Shown here piece by piece: positions 24,001 to 35,558 of a DNA stretch of 64,000 bases. The position numbers were made by a program, and so were the translations under genes. The DNA comes from Eledone cirrhosa (lineage: Eukaryota). The stretch covers positions 154,504,001 through 154,568,000 of the forward strand of contig OZ024740.1 of assembly GCA_964016885.1 (NCBI GenBank), read 5' to 3'. Below the pieces are notes generated by a model. That model saw only the letters and a program-made list of their open reading frames with translations, was not told where the DNA came from and ran no database searches. Every line of letters begins with the position of its first letter. The stretch's first letter is position 1.

Positions 24001-24839
24001 TTGTTTGTGTCTGTGTGCCTGCTGTTGCTGGGATGTGTGTTGTATATGTGTGTGCGTATATTGTTGCTTTTGTTTTTGTTTTTGATGCTCCAGCGTAGTT
24101 TCGTAAATGATTTTTCTATTTCTGACAGACAACTAATCATATTTACCTTCTTGAATGTCGCAAATTTGGGTGGCAGACGTAACACAGACATTTCATTATT
24201 ATCTATTTCCGTGTTTCCATAGATGTTGGTATTTTCATTGTTGAACTCTTCAGATAATGAGGTGTCGGCCATGTTGATACCGTCAATTTTGTTGGGATAT
24301 CTATTGGTATACTCTATAGTATCCCGATTTAGCTTTGCCTGTTTAAGCCACTTTAATTTTCTGTTAAAGTGCTTATTACATTCTTGAGTAATGTACTGTT
24401 CTTCGGGTCGTATAAGGCTTATAAATGTTAGTTTTTCTGCTGGTGTGGTGATTTTAGATATTTCATCTATTAGGTTACGCTTTAGTTTTTCTTGATGACT
24501 TAATTCTCTATAGATCTTCTTTTTTATGTTTAGAATTAAAGTTCGTTTTAGCCTATCTGCTTGTTTTTTGGTGAGTTGTAATCTTCTAACGTCGGTATTG
24601 ATGGTGTTGGTGTAGATTCTAGAAGTGGTGCACAGTTTTATGAAGTGTAGTTGTCGAGATGTTATGGTTTTTCGTAGACAACAGAACATGGTGGTTTTCA
24701 GTATCTTGTTAGCCTGGCTAAGGCTTACGATATTTCGTTTCTGAATTTGTTTAGCAAGATTCTTTATCTGAAATCGTGTGTTGAAACCGATATTGTTATA
24801 CTTTGGGAGGGTCATGTTGCCAATAAGAAACACACGCAC
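21015..24839 (-). CDS. Penelope-like reverse transcriptase with C-terminal GIY-YIG endonuclease (1274 aa from GTG; first ATG at ~24815)
   Basis: Motifs PTDKSG, LYGLRKDHK, PTRPV, SMDVVSLYPSI, QEEGAAIG..AGDIANLFM, RYVDD, LPVLD, Cys linker CIDKKCITC, VVYSIRC...YIGETARSIGERINEH; uninterrupted frame. Confidence 0.95.
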   Translation of the reverse strand: MRVFLIGNMTLPKYNNIGFNTRFQIKNLAKQIQKRNIVSLSQANKILKTTMFCCLRKTITSRQLHFIKLCTTSRIYTNTINTDVRRLQLTKKQADRLKRTLILNIKKKIYRELSHQEKLKRNLIDEISKITTPAEKLTFISLIRPEEQYITQECNKHFNRKLKWLKQAKLNRDTIEYTNRYPNKIDGINMADTSLSEEFNNENTNIYGNTEIDNNEMSVLRLPPKFATFKKVNMISCLSEIEKSFTKLRWSIKNKNKSNNIRTHIYNTHPSNSRHTDTNNNSNIPRYNNNNSNIPRYNRHADTNNNNNTHGDNNNNNTHINNNNNSNIPRYNNNRHANTNNNNNTHNNDNTHTHGDNNNNTHQQQHTSTTTTHTHSMPLTTILTNTQTQKTSNDSSTEIREIRESNRIKRRRETKDKENNQDEHTDTQNRVDNNIEPVERDRSNYERHRNNHEAEAAAVGGNRNNTTNNNNSTSTHKAAAWNSPFYNPSDKSFDLRRVHATTLPFNKRTQLPSQVDEQTEAQFSIAKSELRNIIEEYSKKHNRIEAQQLGEESANGLRKLMQRSRNGEIACFPTDKSGRMSVDSLPNYIQAMQPHITNTREVTPQEHEDREKTLNAHMVMWTNIMQPNKRTANNFQAWNNDVPALYGLRKDHKTGWDPVAGPPTRPVCGANIASNYRLSYFLSLIIRPIIEMSPDVCDSTEDLLSRIGAGNRSGDLTNCIIGSMDVVSLYPSIDVDFAVEKCVEMISESKVEFRGIDTSELGLLLKLTHSNSYLDTYDLSNLCPTRPARGRPPTITSMAKKTHTDRWNGWTRAIRTPENHDELKKMIAHAVGASIKLTLKEHMFKFNGKTYAQEEGAAIGVSIAGDIANLFMVWWDSRLKQKLNEQLEDSLTLIMYSRYVDDINIVVKTPPLKNSQELEKNTMESIQQIANSIHQSIRVTIDYPSRHPNHRLPVLDTELWLDTINNQKQILHSHYAKPMTSKHLIHRNSAISDHTKINILIADLVRVMRNVSRMCNPEELERHIQHFIHRMQFSGYNQRDRIRVYKGARTKWEKMVNNDINGTCPLYRSKFWNRIERTKNKANRINSWYDSNKYQSVMFINTTPRGELAYKFRRALKKHNLNIKIVERPGTSVKTLISKTYPFQRPSCIDKKCITCKISPHINCKTRNVVYSIRCTEGQCRNKNVVYIGETARSIGERINEHWRDLQDNKESSVLYQHAKIEHRGKLESIEIKIESTHKKDAMFRQITEAVSIKELKPKLNRKYEWNSNITTYN

Positions 24840-25099
24840 CAGTTGCTTTCACTTCAATTTAATTTATTAAATATTTATAAATTTACAAATTTATAAATTT
24901 CTGGTTGGTTGGTTGGAACCAACCAACCAACCAGAAATTTATAAATTTGTAAATTTATAAATATTTAATAAATTAAATTGAAGTGAAAGCAACTGGTGCG
25001 TGTGTTTCTTATTGGCAACATGACCCTCCCAAAGTATAACAATATCGGTTTCAACACACGATTTCAGATAAAGAATCTTGCTAAACAAATTCAGAAACG

Positions 25100-25228
<129 letters not shown>

Positions 25229-25689
25229 GTTTATCTCTATAAATACAGTGTATAACCGAGTCTGCACCAACGTGTATAGATATATATAAATATATAGACA
25301 TATCTAATATGTAGGCATACCAGAAAATATGAATTTCCGTTTAAATTGAAAACAAATGATGAACATCTTTAATCGATTTTCAGATCTAATTGAAGCCTCA
25401 TTAGAAGACGTATATATCCCCCAATCAATCACAATGAAACGTGAGTTTTATTGTTATATGTATCCATTCCCTATTAGTATTATTCTGAAATAGACGCACT
25501 AATTTGCTTATAAGTAACGTTCATATTGATAATTGATTAAGATGTATATTAACAAGTGAGCTAACAGCTGAAGTGTGTGATAAACTTCTATCTGTATAAA
25601 TATAGAGTGTGTAACCGAGACTGCGGCAACGTGTATACATCTAGTATGTTGCGCGCTTTTAAATATATATATATATATACATTATATAC

Positions 25690-26087
25690 CACATAAGAAA
25701 CGGCGAATCAGTGTTGCGACGAATAAAATGTATTAGACCAGCTCGAGGCACGATCGATGTAATGATCGAACTTGACTCTGAAATCGCAAGGTCCTCACAT
25801 ACGTCTCGATTCTACGAAGCAGAGTTTCCAAAAGAAAAGATTTGGGAAACTATGCTTCGTAGAATCGAGACGTATCTGAGCACCTTGCGATTTCAGAGTC
25901 AGGTTCGATCATTACATCGATCGTGCCTCGAGCTGGTCGCCAGAGAAACGATTATAATATGTCTAATAAATTTGATTCGTTGCAACACTGATTCTCCGTT
26001 TCTTATGTGATATCATACTCTGCTCTGTAAGAGCATCGAGTGCTCAAACGGCCTACCTCTTACGGACGCTTTAAGCATCCCACACCA
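25690..26087 (+). mobile_element. Non-autonomous long-hairpin element (320-bp imperfect palindrome plus 80-bp tail) in TA repeats
   Basis: CACATAAGAAACGG...CCGTTTCTTATGTG termini and ~100-bp inner arms around AAAAGAAAAGATTT. Confidence 0.7.
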
Positions 26088-26116
26088 ATTATATACATTA
26101 TATATATATATATATA

Positions 26117-26450
26117 TGTTTTGCAAGATTTTTTATATGAAATCGTGTGTCGAAACAGATATTGTTATACTTGGAGAGGGTCATATTGTTATAATATTGC
26201 CAGAAATAATAACAGAACTCACTCACTGTTTGGTTTGGGTTGGTTTTCGCTTCTGTATCTTTTATATCTCGATAGTTAATTTATTTGGCAATCAATGTTT
26301 ATCATTGACTGACCAATGGTTAAAAATACAGATATACATATATATATATATATAGTCTATCAAAGTTCTTTCGTTACACATCTGCGACATCATCAGTGGT
26401 ACTATTATGTTTCCTCCCGTTGTATTGTAATGCCTACGCCATTTTTATTT
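26117..26450 (-). mobile_element. Solo Penelope-like pLTR, diverged relative of the 20526-20780 region
   Basis: GCAAGATTTTTTATATGAAATCGTGTGTCGAAACAGATATTGTTATACTTGGAGAGGGTCAT matches 24754-24815. CCTACGCCATTTT is shared with the 3' UTR. Ends at (TA)n. Confidence 0.8.
26359..26400 (-). ncRNA. Minimal hammerhead ribozyme in the solo pLTR
   Basis: Minus strand ACCA-CTGATGA-T-GTCGCA(GATG)TGTAAC-GAAA-GAAC-TT-TGAT; intact core, one mismatch in each of stems I and II. Confidence 0.7.
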
Positions 26451-27694
26451 AAATTAAAGGCTTGCAATATATGTTATAAAAGGGCCTTAGATAAAAAAAA
26501 ATTATATAGCTATTTTCCCAAATGTTAATTGTTTTTTAAATATCTAACTGAATGTATGAAAAACCAAAAGACCGATGTATAGAGATCAAATGCTAAGGAG
26601 TGAGGAAAAGGTTTAATCGAAATGAATACAAGGATTCTATTATTTATCATTTTACTTTAAGCTTGATATTCACGTACTAGATGATGCGTTTAACACCTTA
26701 AGATAGTTAAACCATCGAAAACGATAGCTTAGACACGGTAAATTGTGTGAGGAATTTGAATGCCTTGAAGCCTTCATCAAACCTAAAAATACAGCTTAAA
26801 TTCAACAACGTTACATAAATTCATTAATATATAACATTGGTTACTTAAGCAGCTTCGATGCACAAGTTAAATATACTCTCCTGATTCACCACTCTAATAT
26901 AATGTCTGACGTTGACGAATTTAATGTACTAAAATAGCGAGTTAGAATCTTAAGTCTATTAATTAGCATCTGACTAAACTAAAGTAAGCCTTCCTTCCCA
27001 TTAACCGTTATTATTCAATTTGATTATTGTAATTTGTATAATATAAAGTGTATTGGACAGAAGATCTGCACGTTAAATTTTTTCTCCTGATACATAAACC
27101 TAATATAATGTAAATTTGTTTTGGGGGAGGGTCTAACGCTGAAGAATTTAATGCATCGAAACAGAGGAATAGAAGTGCAAGCCTATTATTTAGCATTAGA
27201 CAAAAATCTTTCCATTTACAGTTGTCATTAAATTTGATCATTGTAGTTTATTTAATTTAAAGTGTGTTGGATCTCAGAAATATTCCGATTATTGGATCAT
27301 CCTTAAACACCAGCTCGTTCATAAGCGTTAAAAGCAGTATAGTACTTGAGTAATAGTATATAAAAATGCGGGCAACTGAAATTGCTTCAGAATTAAATGC
27401 CTACGACGGTTGGATGGCCACTGATGAGGACAAACTTTTTCATATGTAACCCATTTGCAGCGCCGCAGCTCCATTATTATCATATTTACACATATATTTT
27501 TTCCTCCGCTGCCACCAGTCTGTTTCGTTCTTTGTGTCTTTACCCTTTCTAGCAGTCTCTCTCTCTGTTAGCCTCTTCCTCACCTTTCACTCACTCACTC
27601 TCTGTCACTACCTCTCCTCCTCCCCTTTCTTCCCGTTTGACCTGTCCGTAATCCTTTCCTCGCGGGCACTTGGCCAAGCCGGTATGAATTTTTT

Positions 27695-27702
27695 TCTCTC
27701 TC

Positions 27703-27774
<72 letters not shown>
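27695..27774. repeat. (CT)n microsatellite
   Basis: Direct reading. Confidence 0.95.
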
Positions 27775-27778
<4 letters not shown>

Positions 27779-28125
27779 GCGACTTCACAGAACTTATGTT
27801 TACCGAATTCGCAGACCAGACCCCTTCTTCCTCCCGTTAGACCTGTGCGAAATTCCTTCCTTGCTCACATTTCAACCAGGTTTGATGGTCTTTATTCTCT
27901 CGTTCACGATTCCACCGAATTTATATTCATAGAAATCTGGGACTTGTTTCCTTCTTCATCACTTTCTGCTGCTTAAACCATTTTGTTTGTTTACCCTAGC
28001 GTCCCCTTTATTTACGTGTCCCAACGACTTTTTTTTAGCCGTTGCTCGCACCAACCTGAGGTATATGGCCTTTAATGCGACGAAATGCCTACGACGGTTG
28101 GATGGCCACTGATGAGGACAAACTT

Positions 28126-28161
<36 letters not shown>

Positions 28162-28798
28162 AAGTATTTCCGTCGGAAAGGTACAGGAAAAAAGAGTGCT
28201 CTATGTAGGCTACAGAGCTTATTAGTTATGTAATAAACAACATAAGATAATTATTTCATTTATCAGTGGTTTCTTGAAAGCAGATGTTGTATCTGTTTTC
28301 AGTCGTCAGAATGAATTAAAAACATGATGTTTTTATTAAATATGGATTTGAAAACAAAATTTAAGAAATATGAAAGTGAGGCTGAGAAAAAAACCGTCGA
28401 AAAAGAAGAAGGGAAAAAGAATATATAAAAATATATATATATAAACAATAAATATCCAGAACGTAAATATACACACACTCAACCACGCGCATATACTTAA
28501 AAAGTACGTAGACGTATACTTTTTCACATAAGCGTATTTTCCTCTCTCTCCCCTCTCACCCCCTCATTGGCATTATGCATATTAATTTAAGTTTGGCGTC
28601 GTTGAGGTGGGCGGAGTCGTTTGAAACCTATGAACCAATGATAATCGAGAATTATGACGGAATACTGACATTATTCAAATTAATATACAGATATATATAT
28701 ATTTATATATATATATATATGTGTGAGCGTGTGTGTGTATAGGTGTGGTCGGGAATGAAATTATCTAAAATTTATGTGAGAAAAATAAATCTTCCTAT

Positions 28799-28882
28799 TG
28801 TTAGAAGTGGGATTCGAACCCACGCCGGTAATACCTGACTGCGACCTGAACGCAGCGCCTTAGACCGCTCGGCCATCCTGAC
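28799..28882 (-). tRNA. tRNA-Leu(CAG), variant or possible pseudogene
   Basis: GTCAGGATGGCCGAGCGGTCTAAGGCGCTGCGTTCAGGTCGCAG...GGGTTCGAATCCCACTTCTAACA; C:A mismatch at the third acceptor pair and altered variable arm; downstream T-run. Confidence 0.75.
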
Positions 28883-29107
28883 AGGTATGCTTTTGAATCG
28901 TTTTATTTTGCTTTTTCCTTATAATATATCAAACGCAAATAGATAAACTGAATGTTATTGTCTTAATGTGTATATATTTGGATATGTTCTGATGGTGCAG
29001 ACTCGCCGAATGGCCCAGGAGTTCGCTTCGCAATCACGAAATCTCATTAGTCTAAGATGCCCGGCATCTTATACTAATGTCTTTTACGATAGCCTCAGGT
29101 GGATCAT

Positions 29108-29302
29108 CACACCTGTCAACACTCCTCGTCTGACGGGGAGATCTCCTACCCGCTTTGGGGTGGGTGAGAGGTTTCTTCTCTTGTAAAAATGGGTATAGCT
29201 TTCATTATGTAAAATCTCCCCACTTTGCCTCATTTCTCCCCGTTTTGGGACACTTTTTTTCATGGTACTCCTCCTTTGGGTTTTTAGAGGTTGGCAGGTC
29301 TA
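29108..29302. mobile_element. MITE with ACCTG(C/T)CAAC terminal inverted repeats
   Basis: CACACCTGTCAAC ... GTTGGCAGGTCTA flanked by GATCAT on both sides; an inverted homologue lies at 32738-32882. Confidence 0.6.
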
Positions 29303-29567
29303 GATCATTGTGAGTGGAATTGAGTAGACAAAAACTGCGCGGAAGGCCGTTGAATTAATTATATTACATTATGAAGGGACACCGACACGTTGATTCTGTC
29401 TCCAAATTATGTTCAAGTTACATATGTCGTGGGAATACTCAGCCACTTATGCGCTAATTTATTGAGTAGGTTGTACAGTTGATCGAATAACGGAACACTC
29501 ACCGTCGAAACCGAGTGAAATACATTAACTTTACCTTATACTGAAGTTCCTATATCTTTGTGTGCGT

Positions 29568-29568
<1 letters not shown>

Positions 29569-29627
<59 letters not shown>

Positions 29628-29675
29628 CGGCTACAACAGCAGCAATAGTAGTAGTAGTAGTAGTAGTAGTAGTAA

Positions 29676-29707
<32 letters not shown>
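29569..29707. repeat. (TAG)n microsatellite
   Basis: Direct reading. Confidence 0.95.
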
Positions 29708-30207
29708 CAACACACAGTCATCATCTATTTTAAAAAACACCGCTGTACTTACCTGGAGCATAAATTTTATCGATTGAAAGGATGAAAGGAAAAGTTGACT
29801 CCGGCGATATTTGAACTCAGAACGTTAAGAGACATAATTAAACATTGGTAAGTATTTTGCACTCGTAAACAACAAATAACCACCATAAACAGTCAGCAAT
29901 AAGCATTCTGTACTAACTAATGATTCAAGCTATCTCCCATCTTGGTTAATTATATTTTAATGAGTAGAGAAGAAAAGAAAACTGCATAGAAGAAAAATAC
30001 AGGAAAAATACTTTCTTTTTCTAGCAATTTGTTCCATTTTTATTTTTTATTTCATTTCCTTTTGTTTTTCTAAAGAAAAAGAAAAGAAAAGAAAAGTTGA
30101 CAAAAACAAAACCCTGAAGTTAACTCCGGCAAAAAATAATCAGTTCTGAAAAGAGAAAGCAAAAACTTCAATCACTAATCACGTTATATTTTAGTTGGCA
30201 TTAAATC

Positions 30208-30238
<31 letters not shown>

Positions 30239-30835
30239 CTTCTTCTTCTTCTTCTTCGTCTTCGTCTTCGTCTTCGTCTTCTTCTTCTCCTTCTCCTTCT
30301 TCTTGCTCATGCTCGATGAGGCCGGTGTCATCCTAAGCCAGTGATCCCAAAGCAGCGTTGTACGTAGGGACGACCGGGTCCACCAGCGCCCACCATCACT
30401 GGCGGTTCCGTACCACCTCCTCTGCATCCTCCAAGTTGATGTCGATCCTCCGGATATCTTGCCTGATGACATCCAACTATCTGGTGTGGGGTCTGCCACG
30501 GGGCCTCCTCTAGTCTGCAGCCGCTGCGTCGAACGAAAGTAAGGCCTTGGTAGGATGATCTGGTGGAAAGTGGAGGACATGTCCGTACCAGCACATGCGA
30601 TAGATAGCTATGAGGCGGGAAGATGTGGGTTGATGTGTGGGTTTGGTGGAAACGTGGTGGTTCCATCTAATGTTTTTGATGGTCCACATGGCTCTGCTAT
30701 CGAAGTTGTCAACCCTCTTTTCCAGGGTCTTTGTGAAGGGCCACGCTTGTGCTCCATAGAGGAGAACGTAGAGAGACGATGCGTTGTAATGTCCGCCCGT
30801 TTTCTTCACCGACATGGGAAGATGGCGTTAAATCG
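30208..30835 (-). mobile_element. RTE-clade LINE 3' fragment with (AAG)n tail
   Basis: YNASSLYVLLYGAQAWPFTKTLEKRVDNFDSRAM...RMCWYGHVLHFPPDHPTKALL...RPRGRP; (TTC)n at 30208-30303 directly downstream. Confidence 0.88.
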
Positions 30836-31770
30836 ATGCATTTATAAAGGGGATGCACTGTACGTACTATGGACGCAGCTTGACAGAGCGGTTAAGGAGT
30901 TCGACTCGTAATCAGCAACATTTGGGTTCGATCCTGCTGTTTGGTGTCTGGGGCACGTGTCTTTACTATAGCCACGGATCGACTCAAGCCTTGTGATAGA
31001 AATTGGATAAACAGAAACTGTGTCTAATGACACCTGTTATTCAAAGATTTAGCCTTGTCACATATTGTGTAACATTGATTCTGTCTGAGAATTACGTTAC
31101 GTGTACACGTGTTGATGGAATACTTAACTACTTACATGTTAATACACAAGTGGGAAGTTCAGTTGATAGAACGACTGAAGAATGCTCTTCGTCGAAATCG
31201 ACGCAGGATTCATCACTGCATGTACTATATTCAGAGGCGAAACTAGGGTGTGGCAAGCATGACACGTGCTATGGGTGCCACTTGGACTTGGAACACTTTC
31301 TATTAAACTCGGATAAGGTATCGTCGGAAAGTGAATAAAAGACACTTCTTCAGATGTCTTTGATTATCATGGATGAGAGGTACTGTGGTTGCTGGATCAT
31401 TAGACCATGTATGTAAATTAGTAGGCCCATTGGGCAGGGTCACAATTTCACTGCTTGCCATAGGCGCTATTTTTTCCTAGTTAACCCTCTGACTATATTA
31501 GTATGTTTTTACTTCCACATAAGGTATCAAAAGATGAGGGATAAAATCAGGGATCTGAAGAAACAGGTGATAACATGCAGAAGAGCCTGCCTGGTGAGTT
31601 CAGTTGCAAGGAGAAATGACAAATCTAACAACGTTTCGGGCTTTCTTTCCTTCGTCTGTGAGGGAGGAAAAGAAATAAACTGATGTCGCTTTTGGTCTAA
31701 AGCTAAGACGTAAACATAGGTTATGTAGTTAGCCAAAAGACGTTAATTGATCAAAATTATATACGTATTG

Positions 31771-32176
31771 AGAACAAATAATTGTTTCTACGTTAGGCAC
31801 AAGGCCAGCAAATACCCAGTGCATTACTGGTACTTTATTTTATCGACCCCGTAAGGATGAAAAGCAAAGTTAACCTTGGCGGGATTTGAACTCAGAATGG
31901 CAAGGGCCGTAACTCTATACGTCAAAGCATGGCGTCCGACCCTCTACCAATACTGCCAATCCAGAACAAATAATTGTTTCTACTTTTGGCACAAGGCCAG
32001 CAATTATCCAGTGCATTACTGGTACTTTATTTTATCGACCCCGTAAGGATGAAAGGCAAAGTTAACCTCGGCGGGATTTGAACTCAAACCATAAAGGGGC
32101 GTAACTCTTTGCTGCAAAGCATAGCGTCAGACCCTCTACCGATACTGCCAATCCACCCCAATCCAGAACAAATAAT
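31771..32176 (-). mobile_element. Two tandem dominant-family SINEs
   Basis: Reverse complement of the 19062-19683 family; AGAACAAATAAT at 31771, 31963 and 32165. Confidence 0.88.
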
Positions 32177-32737
32177 GATTGATACTTACTTGTAAAAAAA
32201 GGGGGTGCAGGAGAGACAACACCGGAATCTAAATTATTGAAAATTAAACTGGTGTCGCTTTCGATGCAAAGCTAGGGCGCAAACATACCTAATGTGTTTA
32301 GTTTAAAAAATTCAATTGATTAAAACTATACACGTAGTGAGAACAAAAGATAATTATCTTAATGATTAATTCTAGTAAAACTTAAAAAAGACAGGGAAGA
32401 CAACCCCAGAATCTAAATTAATGAAAATTAATTTAAAATAAAATGCAGTAGGTAATAAGTCTGATCTTTGATAGTATGAATTTCAATGAATACTGATGAG
32501 TAAAATAATGATTGGGGCTGCGGAATATATAGTGAGGTTAGGAAATGAACTTGCGGAAGATTTATGATGAATTTTTTAAAAATGACTGATTATCAAAAGT
32601 GATATTCAAACATCTGCCAATAAAACATGAGTCTATTGACTAATGAAGTGGTCAGTAGTTCGCATCACGTCCGTGTCATCGAGGTTTATCTTTGACCAAG
32701 CATTTGTATTTCAAGAGACTCAGTCTACCTATTTGCT

Positions 32738-32882
32738 GACCTGCCAACCTCTAAAAACCCAAATGGAGAGTACCATGAAAAAAAAGTGCCCTGAAATGGG
32801 AAGAAACGAGGCAAAATGGGAGATTTTACATAATGAAAGCTATACCCATTTTCACAAGAGAAGACATTAAAGTTGACAGGTC
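32738..32882. mobile_element. MITE, same family as 29108-29302, opposite orientation
   Basis: GACCTGCCAAC ... GTTGACAGGTC TIRs; ~125 bp homologous to 29175-29300. Confidence 0.6.
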
Positions 32883-33510
32883 TTTAGTTGAGAAATAGGT
32901 ACCAGAGTAAGAATAACTCACCACCTCAAGCAGTTGCACCGATGCAGTGACACTATAAAGTGCTTTTTAACTTTGTAATACTGCACTCAACGGCATAGCA
33001 TGGGTATATAACTAGTAAAGAAATAGGCTCCACCAAGTTCGTCTGTTGAGAGTAGGTAGATTAATGGAATTAGTAGAGCTTAAAACGTGATGCCTTGTGG
33101 TATTTGTTCCAGGGTTTTGCGTTCTGAGTTCCTGGGTGATAGTCTTAATTCCCCACTCAATTTAACACCACAACATGATATCTTGGATTACTTTAGATGA
33201 GATCACTATGTTGCAAGCATTCAGGTCATGTTTCTGTCACCCTTCCTAGTCTCGGGAGCCCTGGAAAATGAGGGTCGGTTGCAGATGCTGTCCTGCTCTC
33301 CTTGGCTAAAACGTGAAAAAGAAAATATAACTGCACGAACCTAATTCGTTAGTCATGCCTCTGATAACTGATGAATTAAATGACCATCACATGTCACACA
33401 CATTTATACCTACACCATAAAATTAACTGTCGTAATTACTTCTTGTCTAGAAAACTATCGAAAATAGGTTATTTGTGCTCAATAAAAAATAAATTAGAAA
33501 GATAAAGATT

Positions 33511-33594
33511 TGTCAGAAGTGGGATTCGAACCCACGCCGGGAATACCCGACTGCGACCTGAACGCAGCGCCTTAGACCACTCGGCCATCCTGAC
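33511..33594 (-). tRNA. tRNA-Leu(CAG)
   Basis: 84-nt cloverleaf; anticodon arm CTGCG-TTCAGGT-CGCAG, variable arm CGGG-TATT-CCCG, intact A/B boxes, downstream T6. Confidence 0.93.
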
Positions 33595-33835
33595 TGTTAC
33601 ACAGACTCACTGACATTTTTACTTTTTATTAAGAATATATTAAACAATGATAAGTTGACAGTTTTGATGAATGTTTAAGGTCGTTTCTCAATCATGAAGT
33701 CTGGTGTTCGATGCCACTGCATGACATTTTAGACAGGTAGAGTCTATCACAGCCTCTAATCAATCCAAGCCTTGTAAGTAAAATTGGATACGCAGACAAT
33801 ATGCCTATGCGTACACACACTAATACCCCCCCCCT

Positions 33836-33907
<72 letters not shown>

Positions 33908-33909
<2 letters not shown>

Positions 33910-34100
33910 AAAATGCATGACCCCGACGGCAGAGCTCAAGCCGTTTGGACGGCTATTTCTGGACCAGAAATACCCGTCGAAACGGCTTGAGCTATGCCGT
34001 CGGGGTCATACATTTTCCTATTACCCACTCTACTACCCTAAGTATTGAGTACTCTGGTGCGTTATGGTCCATCTGGTTCCTTACCACAACTCCTTCGTTT
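33908..34100 (+). mobile_element. Non-autonomous hairpin element (111-bp palindrome plus tail) in (TA)n
   Basis: GGAAAATGCATGACCCCGACGGC...GCCGTCGGGGTCATACATTTTCC; close copy at 35367-35560. Confidence 0.75.
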
Positions 34101-34124
34101 TATATATATATATATATATCATAA

Positions 34125-34326
34125 TGGAAGTGATGAAAACGAGTTAGACCATTACTCACCAGAGTACTCGATATTTTGGATAGTAGTGTGGTTAATATAA
34201 AAAATTCGGGAGCCCGACAGCTGAGCTCCTTCCGTTTCAACAGCTAGATCCGAAATGATTCGCCGGCGATTCATTTCGGATCTAGCTGTTGAAACGACAG
34301 GAGCTCAGCCGTCGGGGTCCCGAATC

Positions 34327-34330
<4 letters not shown>
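34125..34330 (-). mobile_element. Related hairpin element, opposite orientation
   Basis: Palindrome 34199-34330 centred on CGCCGGCG; the tail reverse-complements to a diverged version of 34020-34100 (GAGTACTCTGGTG). Confidence 0.7.
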
Positions 34331-34414
<84 letters not shown>

Positions 34415-34460
34415 TATATATGGGAGGAGGTTATAGTTCACTTGAAGCATTGTGTAATGA

Positions 34461-34788
34461 GGTATAAACGTTTGTATATGTATAATAAAGCCAAAACAAT
34501 GCAGGTATGGACATAGAATAAAGAATGCAAATGCAAAAGATATTGTTGACAATTAGTCTTTTACCTTAGATTTATTTAAAAGTCCTTAATTTTCGGCAAG
34601 CTAGTTAGAACACTGGTTGACAACTTTACTTCGCTCTGAAGAAGAGATATTATCTCGAAAATTAAGGACATTTAAATAAATCTAAGGTAAAAGACTAATT
34701 GTCAACAATATCTTTTGCATTTGCATTCTTTATTCTATGTCCATACCTGCATTGTTTTGGCTTTATTATACATATACAAACGTTTATA

Positions 34789-34790
<2 letters not shown>
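34461..34790. repeat. 135-bp inverted repeat with 60-bp spacer (likely PLE-type fold-back relic)
   Basis: Arms 34461-34595 and 34656-34790 with one mismatch seen; right end abuts (TA)n. Confidence 0.9.
34634..34666 (+). ncRNA. Minimal hammerhead-like motif at the fold-back junction
   Basis: CT-CTGAAGA-A-GAGAT(ATT)ATCTC-GAAA-AT-TA-AG; palindromic AATT stem III, stem I only 2 bp. Confidence 0.55.
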
Positions 34791-34829
<39 letters not shown>

Positions 34830-35039
34830 CAATTGAAAGTACAGCATATTCGAAGTTCGAGCAGCAGCTAAGCCAACGAATGCCTTCAACAGTGCAGCCA
34901 AGCACTCGACAAGGTATAGACCTCAGAGTAATAACTATATATATATATTTATTAAAATAAATATTTGCTCTAGGGTTCTTATATATTTGATATATATTTA
35001 TCCTTATCGAGCTCTCTTTTGATTTTAGTTTTCAAATGT

Positions 35040-35330
35040 ATTAACTTTGCCTTTCATCCTTACGGGGTCGATAAAATAAAGTACCAGTAATATACTGGGA
35101 TATTTGCTGGCCTTGTGCCAAAAGTAGAAACAATTATTACTATATATATATGGGGGTGGATTGGCAGTATCGTTAGAGGGTTGGACGCCATGTTGTAACG
35201 CCCTTTATGGTCTGAGTTCATATCCTGCCGAGGTTAACTTTGCCTTTCATCCTTACGGGGTCGATAAAATAAAGTACCAGTAATACACTGGAATAATTGC
35301 TGGCCTTGTGCCAAAAGTAGAAACAATTAT

Positions 35331-35332
<2 letters not shown>
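35040..35332 (+). mobile_element. Truncated plus full dominant-family SINE pair
   Basis: Core and tail motifs as at 19062-19683. Confidence 0.85.
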
Positions 35333-35366
<34 letters not shown>

Positions 35367-35368
<2 letters not shown>

Positions 35369-35558
35369 GAAAAAGTATGACCCCGACGGCAGAGCTCAAG
35401 CCCTTTCGACAGCTATTTCTGGACTAGAAATAGCCGTCGAAACGGCTTGAGCTCTGCCGTCGGGGGTGATACTTTTTCCTATTTCCCACTCTACTACCCT
35501 AAGTATTGAGTACTCTAGTGCGTTATGGTCCATCTGGTTCTTTACCACAATTCCTTTG

